Assembly (NCBI GenBank): GCA_024626585.2
Contig: JANKJI020000004.1
Coordinates: forward strand, 3,404,269-3,424,698
From: Ginkgo biloba
Lineage: Eukaryota > Plantae > Ginkgophyta
Direction: 5' to 3'
Length of the DNA stretch: 20,430 nt
The position numbers were made by a program, and so were the translations under genes. How positions within the stretch are numbered: the stretch's first letter is position 1; each line of letters starts with the position of its first letter. Below the pieces are notes generated by a model. It had not been told where the DNA came from. It did not search any database and worked only from the letters and a program-made list of their open reading frames with translations. Shown one piece after another: positions 1-9,300 of this stretch.

Positions 1-354
1 TATCGTCGGAAAGCTCTTAATGTCTAGTTTCTGGTTATGCTAAGATAAAGCACTAAATATGTACAAATATATACCTAAATCTTGAGTCAAAATGTTGTGT
101 AATGTTTACACAATAGTTTTACTCTTGATTAGAGGGGTTCTAATCTCTATAATTAATTGCATTAGAACTTTGGAGGTAAGGCGCCCTTATTCGTAAGGTT
201 ATTTATTACATTTAGAGATAGTAGTTGTACTATNNNNNNNNNNNNNNNNNNNNNNNNNNNNNNNNNNNNNNNNNATGTCCCTACCTTTTGTAGAAAGCAC
301 AGAAACTTGGCTTAGGTCAAATAAGGTTTAAAATGGAAACCTTATGAGACATGA

Positions 355-563
355 ATATGCCTTGGTTGAAGGTGCCTTTGTATGAGGTTATTATTTGGCC
401 CTTGCATTTATTATTTGGGCTCCCTGATATTTACCTATTTTTAGTCTAATGGATGTTTGTGTTGTTTTCTCCAAGTTGCAACTAAAAGTGTAGCTACAAG
501 GCTGATGACTATATGCCTTGGTTGAAGGTGCCTTTGTATAAGGCTACTATTTGGCCCTTGCAT
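355..563. repeat. 53-bp direct repeat, two copies (355-407 and 511-563)
   Basis: ATATGCCTTGGTTGAAGGTGCCTTTGTATrAGGyTAyTATTTGGCCCTTGCAT, with 3 mismatches, all transitions. Confidence 0.9.
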
Positions 564-2038
564 GAAATAATAAATTTATTCCTTAAATCAAACATGAACA
601 TGTATCCTTGAAATGATTTGTCTCCTTGTAGCTTGTGCATGCTTACCAAAGTGCACATGCATAATGGAAGCATGTGTTCCTTAAATTAATATGTACACAT
701 ATCATTGAAATGACATGTTTCCTCATTGCTTACCTTAACCTACATGCATGTATGTATGTGTGTGCATGCAATAAGAGGAATTTCTTACTGTTGGCACTAG
801 AAATTTAACTTGTGTAAACAATATTCATGTTATTGATAGTCGATTGAATAAAAAATATATTAAATCATGATAAAATAGTATATTATTTAATAAATGAAAT
901 TATGATAAAACATTAATAAACAATTTTATTTATCATGGCAATTTTGCCATGGGTTAGTACTAGTGCGCTTGTATATGTAAGTATGTGCGCCTGTGCTACA
1001 TATAAACACCTTGGCACATACATACTTGCATGGATATATGTGTTTGTAAAACATGGAATAGTCAAGGGATTCCTTAAGACTAACATTTACAATGAAGAGT
1101 TTTGGTAGAAATCAAGAGTAATGTATGGAAGATAAAATAGGGCCCTATGTTTTTTTTTATAGAAGTAGAAAAGCTTAGGCACCATCTCTTGAGCATGACA
1201 TTAATTTTTGATGAAAATTAAACATGACATAGCAATCACATAATATACGTTGTTAATAGAGTGATTCCAAAAGCTTAGAAACCTTATCTTTGGAAGAAAT
1301 AAATAACAAAGTCAAGGTAGAGAGGTATGAATCGTACTAAATTGTAAATGTTTAAAGATTAGACACTACATAACAATCATATACTATACATTATTAATGA
1401 CGTGGCTACATGTAGTAGGATTTGTAATTGAAATAGATCACTACTATAAATAACCTCTTGGACTTTAAATAAAACCTCTTGCCACTTCATTTGACTTGAC
1501 ACATTTTTGTTGTATACAACAGGGAATTCTATATGGTCTTTGATAAGGAGTTATATGTTGAACATTCTTAATTTTCATTTTAGCATGTTGACTTTGGATT
1601 TGTTGAGAAAAAGCATGGTGTTCAACCTGCAATCAATTAAGTCATAATATGCATAGATAATCCAGTCTATTCATACTTAATGTTTGAATATAAAAATGTT
1701 TAAATCACTAGTGCTAATATGATATAGAGGAGAACTATGTTCATTATTATGTATATCAAAGGACTTGTGGGCTTAGATTGAGGCCTTATTCTTTTTCAGT
1801 TGTTTGTCTATTGGGATTTCAAACCACTGTATGCAATTAGTAGTTTTTTTTCTTTTTTTTTTATGCAATTATGGTCCTAGGAGCCTAATCCCTAAACATT
1901 ACAATAGTTTATGTCCATCTAGTAGGTTCACACGTAACATTCTCGTCAGTAGAATATAATGATGTTGGTTTTAATATATTATCATTGTTTATTAAATCAT
2001 TTGTTCATTTGTATATCTTCCCCATACAATTCGAGCAG

Positions 2039-2155
2039 GTCATGGCACGCTCATCTCCAACAGACAAGCACACATTGGTCAAGAGGCTTTTGGAAATGGG
2101 CGAAATTGTGGCTGTCACTGGTGATGGTACAAACGACGCACCTGCATTGCATGAG
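2039..2155 (+). CDS. ACA: Internal exon of a P2B-type autoinhibited Ca2+-ATPase (P-domain hinge, TGDGTND motif)
   Basis: Seen: cag|GTC at 2038/2039 and GAG|gt at 2155/2156; 117 nt, phase 0/0, encoding [39 protein letters not shown]. Established: ARSSPxDK...[14 protein letters not shown] is the P2B ATPase signature, and these boundaries match the multi-intron ACA8/9/10-type gene structure. Confidence 0.96.
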
Positions 2156-2624
2156 GTGATATTTCTTATATTTTCTTNNNNNNNNNNNNNNNNNNNNNNN
2201 NNNNNNNNNNNNNNNNNNNNNNNNNNNNNNNNNNNNNNNNNNNNNNNNNNNNNNNNNNNNNNNNNNNNNNNNNNNNNAACCCAATATCAACTTAACTAGC
2301 ATTACGTTTCGTTAGGAATTTCTTAGATGGGATATTGGGAAGCAAGATCTTGAGAATCTAGTTCACTTCAAGTTTATACTACTGTCCTGCTAAAAAATTA
2401 AACGAATATCAACACCCAACACTTATTCTGCGTGATAGGTTTCATGCCATCTGTTGGTATGAATGAACAACAAAGTTTTGTCCCTTGCATTGGCATGTGA
2501 GTAGCTAAAAAAAAATTGAGTGCCATCGCTGAGAATGTCCGTCGAATTCTGAATTTTACTATTAAAATAATTCTGGCGCAAACTCAGACAGTTGAAAATA
2601 CATGGGAATAGTTTGTCGAACCAC

Positions 2625-4025
2625 ATGTCATTATCAAGATTCGAAGAGAAGCAAATTGAAATGGCGCACGCATTACAGAATCAGAAGAAGATGATATTAG
2701 TTGTTGGGCTAATGGTAAACCTTGAGGGTGGAAAGTGTAATGTCAGTGTTCTGAAAGGTGAAGGCAGTGTCACCTATAGCTGCACCGAGGATGTGAGAAA
2801 CCTGTGTAAGAAGGGGCGATTGAAAGAGGCGCTGCACATTTTGCATGTGTCGGACCGGCGTATAGCCTCTTCGACATATATTTGTCTTCTGCAGGGGTGC
2901 AGTAAGAAGAAAGCCCTATCAGAGGGTAAATTAGTACACACGCACATTACAGAGACGGGTTTTCTGCCAGACATATTTATACAGAACACACTTTTGAACA
3001 TGTATGCCAAGTGCGGGAGTCTTGTGGAAGCTCGCAGAGTTTTCGACCAAATGCCTGAACATGATGTGGTCTCGTGGACTGCGATGATTGGAGCCTATGC
3101 CAGGCAGGGGTATGCTAAAGACGCCTTGGCATTGTTTTACAGAATGTACCGAACAGGCATCGAACCCGATCAGTTCATCTTCGCATCTGTACTCCCAGCA
3201 TGCGACAACTTAACAGACCTCAAGGATATCCATGAGGAAATAATGAAAAGTGGGTTTCAGTCTGATGTATTTGTAGGGAGTGCTCTTGTCGACATGTATG
3301 CAAAGTGTGGGAGTATACAAAATGCACGCAATGTGTTTGACAAAATGTCTAGAAGAGATGTAGCCTTGTGGAATGCAATGATCACAGGATATGCACAGAA
3401 CGGGTTCATGGATGAGGCCCTGAAGCTATTTAAAGAAATGCCAGAGCGAAATGTTGTCTCTTGGGCATCAATGATTGCAGGATACTCACAGAATGGGCAT
3501 GTTCATGAAGCTCTGGAGCTCTTTGAGAAAATGCCTGAACGAAATGTGGTCTCATGGAATTCACTGATTGCAGGATATGCACAGAAAGGGCACATGCATG
3601 AGGCCCGGAAGCTCTTCCAGAACATGCCTGAACGAAATGTGGTCTCCTGGACAGCAATGATGGCAGGGTATGTGCAGAATGGAAACAGTGAGGAAGCCCT
3701 GAAGCTCTTTCGACAAATGCAACTGGCAGGTGTGAAGCCCAATTTGAAAACCTTTGCCAGTGTTCTCCCAGCATGTACCAGTTTAGCAGATCTGGAACAA
3801 GGCATGGAGATCCATGAAGAAATAATTAAAAGTGGGTTTCACTCTGATGTCTTTGTGGAGAGTGCCCTTGTAGACATGTATGCAAAATGTGGGAGCATAG
3901 AGAATGCACGCGATGTGTTTGACAAAATACATGAACGGAATGTAGTCTCGTGGAATGTGATGATTGCAGGATATGCCACCCATGGCTTCGGCAAGGAGGC
4001 CCTCAAACTCTTTGAACAGATGCGA
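2625..4025 (+). CDS. PLS-class pentatricopeptide repeat protein, likely an organellar RNA-editing factor; intronless, 3' end lost in the N gap at 4026-4125
   Basis: Seen: uninterrupted frame from ATG 2625 (alternative ATG 2661) to the gap. Motifs read L1-S1-P1-L1-S1-SS-SS-SS-P1-L1-S1-P2, e.g. VFVESALVDMYAKCGSIENARDVFDKIHERN and VVSWNVMIAGYATHGFGKEALKLFEQM. The residues given after the gap in the ORF track are not PPR-like. Confidence 0.95.
3360..3638 (+). repeat. Three tandem 93-bp (31-aa) SS-type PPR motifs
   Basis: Units start at 3360, 3453 and 3546, and each ends ATGCCwGArCGAAAT (MPERN). Confidence 0.9.
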
Positions 4026-4649
4026 NNNNNNNNNNNNNNNNNNNNNNNNNNNNNNNNNNNNNNNNNNNNNNNNNNNNNNNNNNNNNNNNNNNNNNNNNNN
4101 NNNNNNNNNNNNNNNNNNNNNNNNNTGCCTATGCAAATTAAAATTGTCAATTTCCATCGATTGACTGAAGTCGGATCTCCATCCTATGGTTGCAAATCGT
4201 TTCGTATGGCATGACTATCTTTTCTACTACCATGAAGAGACGTAGCACAGCATATTCCACCATGATTGCTTCATAAATTGGAGACTCCTAGAAGCTAGAT
4301 TAATAAATGGGATTTGGATTTGGAAGGAATTGCTCTGGTCATTATGGCATGTCTATAAAAGACTTCCATTCATAGGTTCTCTATACCATTCACTTTGTAG
4401 ATCAGATGTAGCAAACATCATAGTCTAAAAAATGGAAGGATCACTTGCAGGCACACTTCACAACAACTTTCAACACAATTACCTATCTCCACATCTCTGT
4501 AAAACGGCTCCAAACAAATCAAACAGGATCAAACTGCAAATGGTCACAACTCTGAAACGGGCTTTAAACGACTTCACATCATAAGAGTTTTGATCTACGC
4601 CTCTTCCAAGTGTCAACTTGGTAAGAGATGCAAGGGGCATTTCTCCCTT

Positions 4650-4884
4650 TCCATTGTATTCTAGCAATATTCTATAATCTCCAGTTACATAGGATATTAA
4701 TTCCAAAATTGAATTCATTTTGCAGCTCTAACAAAGATCGAAATAGAGGCTCATTCAACAATGTATCTTTCACCATGAACTACTTGCACAGGCTGCCCAC
4801 ATACATCGCAAGATAGCCTACGGGAACATCAGGAGGAACATATGATCATTCCTCATGATTTGAGTCTCTGCATTCATAACAAAA
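4650..4884 (-). pseudogene. SAUR: SAUR (small auxin-up RNA) family pseudogene or remnant
   Basis: Hand translation of the minus strand gives FCYECRDSNHEE*SYVPPDVPVGYLAMYVGSLCK*FMVKDTLLNEPLFRSLLELQNEFNFGINILC, then after a frameshift GDYRILLEY. This matches the SAUR consensus PxDVPxGyLAVYVG-x-RRFvi-x-LNHPLFrxLL-x-EEEFGF-x-GxIPC. In-frame stops at 4848-4846 and 4782-4780; no clear start codon. Confidence 0.78.
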
Positions 4885-5825
4885 AATTGTAATATTGATT
4901 ATAGGCTGGGGAGGAACGCGTCAATAGGAGAAGCTCGACTTCCATGCTTGATGTCACATCCATGACATGCATGTAGTAGATCTAGTGGCTGCATACATTT
5001 ACAATATTCAACATGTATTTCTTTCTTTAAAACACACTTGCCCAAAAACTTAAACAGAGCTGTAAGTATGTATTTGCTTCTCACAGAAAACTTCTGCAAA
5101 CAAACTTCATTCAGTACCTACATACAACATATGCACCAAATTTGCATGCAATATTTTCACTTGATAAAATTCATTCTCAAGTTCACAGCTTTCAAAAATT
5201 TTTGAAGCTCATCAAATCCTCACATCTTCACATAGTTTTCAACAACTTTTACATCTTCATAGTTTCATAACCGAAGCCTCAACAACTAGGCTCTTTATCA
5301 CACAGATTTGAAACAAAGATTCTTCAATAGTTCATAGCTTTGCATGCAGTCTTGCAAACTGCAAACTACTAAAAAATTACTCACTANNNNNNNNNNNNNN
5401 NNNNNNNNNNNNNNNNNNNNNNNNNNNNNNNNNNNNNNNNNNNNNNNNNNNNNNNNNNNNNNNNNNNNNNNNNNNNNNNNNNNNNNCGTGAAGATTTATT
5501 TGAAACTCCTTTATTTAAATGTGTTTATCTATTAATGATGGCATGTATTTATTAGTAAGATAACTAATGATGTGATTATTCCTGCTCATGTCATCTGTTG
5601 CCTATGGCACATGTTCAGTTGTTTCCATTCTATCTCATGACCTATATGATTGGTTGCTTTGTCCTCATCTTCTTTCGATCATTTCGTCTTCAATTAATTA
5701 TGATCGTCATTATTGGTTGCAAAGGGGGATTTTAACCGAAATGTGTAGTCAGTTATGACCAACTCTTAGAAAAAATTGCTTTGTTTAATTCTATCAATTT
5801 TTTATTATTACTTCTTTTTGCTCAA

Positions 5826-5845
5826 TCTCTCTCTCTCTCTCTCTC
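5826..5845. repeat. (TC)10 microsatellite
   Basis: Read directly from the sequence. Confidence 0.9.
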
Positions 5846-5924
5846 ATTTGTATTAGTATATATTTTACTATCATCTCTTTTTAAAAGTATTATTATTTTT
5901 TGTATAATAGGTTGTTATCAGTCA

Positions 5925-8451
5925 TTAAGTCGTGGTGAAGCTTAAGTCAACTTCCATTTACGAGTTTTGAGACCATCATTACGTTTAGTTGTTGAAGTTG
6001 CACAAACCCATTATCATTCATTTCGTTGGTCCTATATGGTCCTAACCATCTAATTTTCATTTTCGAAGTTTGGTTTAGAATTTGTTCTCATATAATGACA
6101 CCATGTCTCCATTTTTAAACTCGGGTGTGTGTATGCGGTGGTTGTACCAAGCTTGTTGTTGTTCTTGATTGAGCTCCCATTGCGAATGGGCCATCATACA
6201 AGCCTTATCTAGTTAATTCAATGTCTGTAATTGAATCTCGTGGGATTCAACTTCCTCCAATTGAAATTTTAAAACAATGCGTAAGCTAGGCACCAAAAGT
6301 TTAAAGGACATGATGGATTTCTGCCCATAGACTAGATTGAATGGTGTGAAACCATGGGCCTTTTTTTGTAGTGGTACAATTATCCTATATTATTGAATGG
6401 AGTTTCTCAACCTAGTCATTTCTTCCCAGATTACATATTTTGTTTATGACCCTCTTCAAGATTTTGTTCGTACTTTCCATTAGTTTATTGGTATGAGGGT
6501 AGCATGGGCTTGATTTTTGATGAATGATCATAAACTCTTGCGTTAAATGCTTGATAGTCTAATTAATAAATACTACCCCCTAACTACTCATGATTTCAAT
6601 TGGNNNNNNNNNNNNNNNNNNNNNNNNNNNNNNNNNNNNNNNNNNNNNNNNNNNNNNNNNNNNNNNNNNNNNNNNNNNNNNNNNNNNNNNNNNNNNNNNN
6701 NNNATTGTGATAGTTCATCACCTTTGGTGAAATGTGGTGGGAGCACGCCAGTTACTAGGAAATTTGCAATATCCATGAACCAAAGTGTGAATGTACTAAT
6801 GGCAAACAGATGTTCGTCTGGAAAACTATCATCTACTAGTTGATTATCTATCTGGATCTGTAATCTACTCCAAAAGTTTGCTACTACGTTCTCTTTACCT
6901 GGTTTGTCCACAGAAACAACATCAAATTCTTGTAGNNNNNNNNNNNNNNNNNNNNNTGATTGCTTGTGGGTTTATTTATCAGGTACTTGATTGCTGAGTG
7001 GTCCATGTGCACAATTGTCTGGTATCCTCCTAGGTAGTGGCAAAACTTGTTCAATGCAAAAACAATAGCCAAGAACTCTTTTTCAGTAATAGTATAATGT
7101 AACTCTACACTACTTAGGCTCTTACTAATGAAGTAGACTACATATTCTAATTTACCATCCTTTTGTCGTAGTACTGCTCCCAGACCAATGTCAGATGCGT
7201 TGGTGTGGACATGAAAAGGAAACGTCCAATTTGGTCCGCACAAAATTGATGGTGTACTTAGTCTACTCTTTAACTCTTTGAAAGCTTCTTCACACTTATC
7301 ATCCCATTTGAATTTAGCATCCTTTGTTAAAATCTTATTCAATGGTGCAACAATTAAACTAAAATTTGCAATGAACCTTCGGTAGAATCCCACCTTGCCG
7401 AGGAAACTGAGAACATCTTTCTACTTCCACGGGGTTGGAATTGGTAAAATCAATTCAACTTTTGTTGGATCCATCTCTATCCCTTTTGTTTAAATATACC
7501 TAGGACGATCCCTTCTGTAACAATCATTTTTCTTTTCTCATCACTCAATGCCAGCTAACACTGTTGACATCTTTCCACAAATCTCTCAAGATTTTTCACA
7601 ACTTCATCAAATGTATCGACAATCACAGTGAAGTCATCCATAAACACTTCGATGAAGTTATTGATGAAATCAGAAAAAATACTAATAACTGCTCATTGGA
7701 AAGTTGTTGAGGCATTATAGAGTCCAAAAGGAAGGACTCGATAGGCAAATGTTCCCCATGGACAAGTGAATGTTGTTTTGTTTTGATGTTCTTTTGCAAT
7801 TTGGATTTGATTATATCCCGAAAAGTCATCAAGGAAAGAAAAATACCTTTTACTGGCCAGTTGATCCAAAACTTGATCGATGAACGATAATAGAAAATAA
7901 TCCTTATAGCATTGTTCAATGTTCGATAATCAACACATATTCTCCACTTGCCATTCTTTTAAGGTACTACCACCAATGGGGATACCCACTGACTATCGGA
8001 GATGGGATACATGAAATTTGCAGTTAGTTATTTATCCAACTCTTCTTTTAATATCTAAGTTTTCATAGTGTTCAACCGCCGCTGAGGTTGTTGCACGGGT
8101 AGTGAGTCTTCCGTTGCATAAANNNNNNNNNNNNNNNNNNNNNNNNNNNNNNNNNNNNNNNNNNNNNNNNNNNNNNNNNNNNNNNNNNNNNNNNNNNNNN
8201 NTCCTCATCCAACTGGTCACTGATCAACACCAATTTGCCTTCAGCCAATTCGATCCTCTGGACTCCTGGGGAAGGAGAACTATCTATTTGAGCAAGCGTG
8301 AATTGTGTCAACTCTTCATCATCACTTGCATTGCTCCCTATGTCTTCCTTGGAGAGGTTAGGAGGTCCCTGCATCCATGCATATAGCTCCAGGTCCTCAT
8401 CTTTCTGTGTTAGTTCCACATAGTGATCAAAGGCCATCACTTCCGCTATAT
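5925..8451 (-). mobile_element. Decayed Ty3/gypsy pol (RT-RNase H-integrase), Athila-like non-chromovirus
   Basis: Minus strand in gypsy domain order. RT: QQPQRRLN, ISDSQWVSPLVVVP*KNGKWRICVDYR, TCPWGTFAY, EVFMDDF. RNase H: FHVHTNASDIGLGAVL, YTITEKEFLAIVFA, DHSAIKYL. Linker: DDSFPDEHLF. Integrase: HQKSSPCYPH, TPFNLVYG, RWLGPY. Many stops and frameshifts. Assigning 8202-8451 to the same element is inference. Confidence 0.9.
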
Positions 8452-8551
8452 NNNNNNNNNNNNNNNNNNNNNNNNNNNNNNNNNNNNNNNNNNNNNNNNN
8501 NNNNNNNNNNNNNNNNNNNNNNNNNNNNNNNNNNNNNNNNNNNNNNNNNNN

Positions 8552-8962
8552 ACGGGAGCATTTTCTTGGAGCAGCAAGAAGCAGACAACTGTGGCATTGT
8601 CGTCAATGGAAGCTAAGTACAAGGCAGCAGCGGGAGCAGCGTGCGAAACAATTTGGCTTCAGGAGATTCTCAATGATATTGGTCTTCAACAGAAACAGGC
8701 AACAAAGATTCATTGTGACAATCAGATTGTGTTGAAATTGGTGAAAAACCCAATTTTTCATGCTCAGACGAAGCACATTGAAGTGCATCACCACTTCATC
8801 AGAGAAAAATTTCAAGACAAACAAATTGAACTCTTGTCTTGTCCAACTCAGGAGCAAGTTGTAGACATTTTCACCAAACTGTTATGTAAAGATAAATTTG
8901 TTAGGTTTCTGGAAATGTTGCATGTAAAGGCTAATAAAATAGCCATTAAGGGGGGGTGTTGA
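8552..8962 (+). mobile_element. 3' end of Ty1/copia pol (RNase H domain)
   Basis: SWSSKKQTTVALSSMEAKY...IHCDNQ...NPIFHAQTKHIEVHHHFIRE...EQVVDIFTK is the copia RNase H signature. The conserved EAEY reads EAKY, suggesting an inactive copy. Confidence 0.93.
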
Positions 8963-9300
8963 TATTAATGTCTATTTTATTATACATAATTTAATTTCAT
9001 GTCATGTCTAAGTTATGTAGTGGTCACATGTAGGGTTTAGTCTAGTTGTTAGAGTTAATTTAATGTTATGTACTTTGGATAGGAATCACTTCATCAAGCT
9101 ATGAAAGTTAGAGCAATTCACAGGGTAGTTCTCCATGGATAACAGATTTTGACATGTATTTAGAAAACCTTCACTCATTCAATGAAGTGGAATCCCTTTG
9201 ATGCACTTGTCTCCTTTATCGAATTATGTGCTATATTTAATAACTCCATCCAAGGGGTCAATTTGATGTACTTATTTCTATTTATCATTTCTATGGTGCA
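8948..9300 (+). mobile_element. Polypurine tract and start of the copia 3' LTR (right end not determined)
   Basis: AAGGGGGGG at 8948-8956 is followed directly by TGTTGATATT at 8957, the canonical PPT/LTR junction, right at the end of pol. The end coordinate is approximate. Confidence 0.7.

Noticed and set aside
2155-2592. Possible chimeric ACA-PPR splice: a CAG at 2589-2591 sits in phase 0 just before the PPR frame
   Set aside because: There is no pyrimidine/U-rich tract before the AG, in-frame AGs occur by chance, and a gap lies in between. It would need junction reads.
2774-4157. Antisense and alternate-frame ORFs over the PPR gene
   Set aside because: Shadow ORFs of a repetitive coding sequence, with no independent motifs.
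4126-4214. C-terminal tail of the 540-aa ORF after the gap
   Set aside because: Artefact of translating through Ns. The tail is not PPR-like and lies on a different contig.
4126-4640. Possible second or third SAUR-like domains on the minus strand (RFRVV...LFGAVLQ; FQIQIPFIN)
   Set aside because: Resemblance is too weak, the GxxAVYVG core is absent, and there are multiple stops.
5191-5206. 16-bp perfect palindrome TTCAAAAATTTTTGAA
   Set aside because: Low-complexity A/T palindrome that is plausible by chance in AT-rich DNA.
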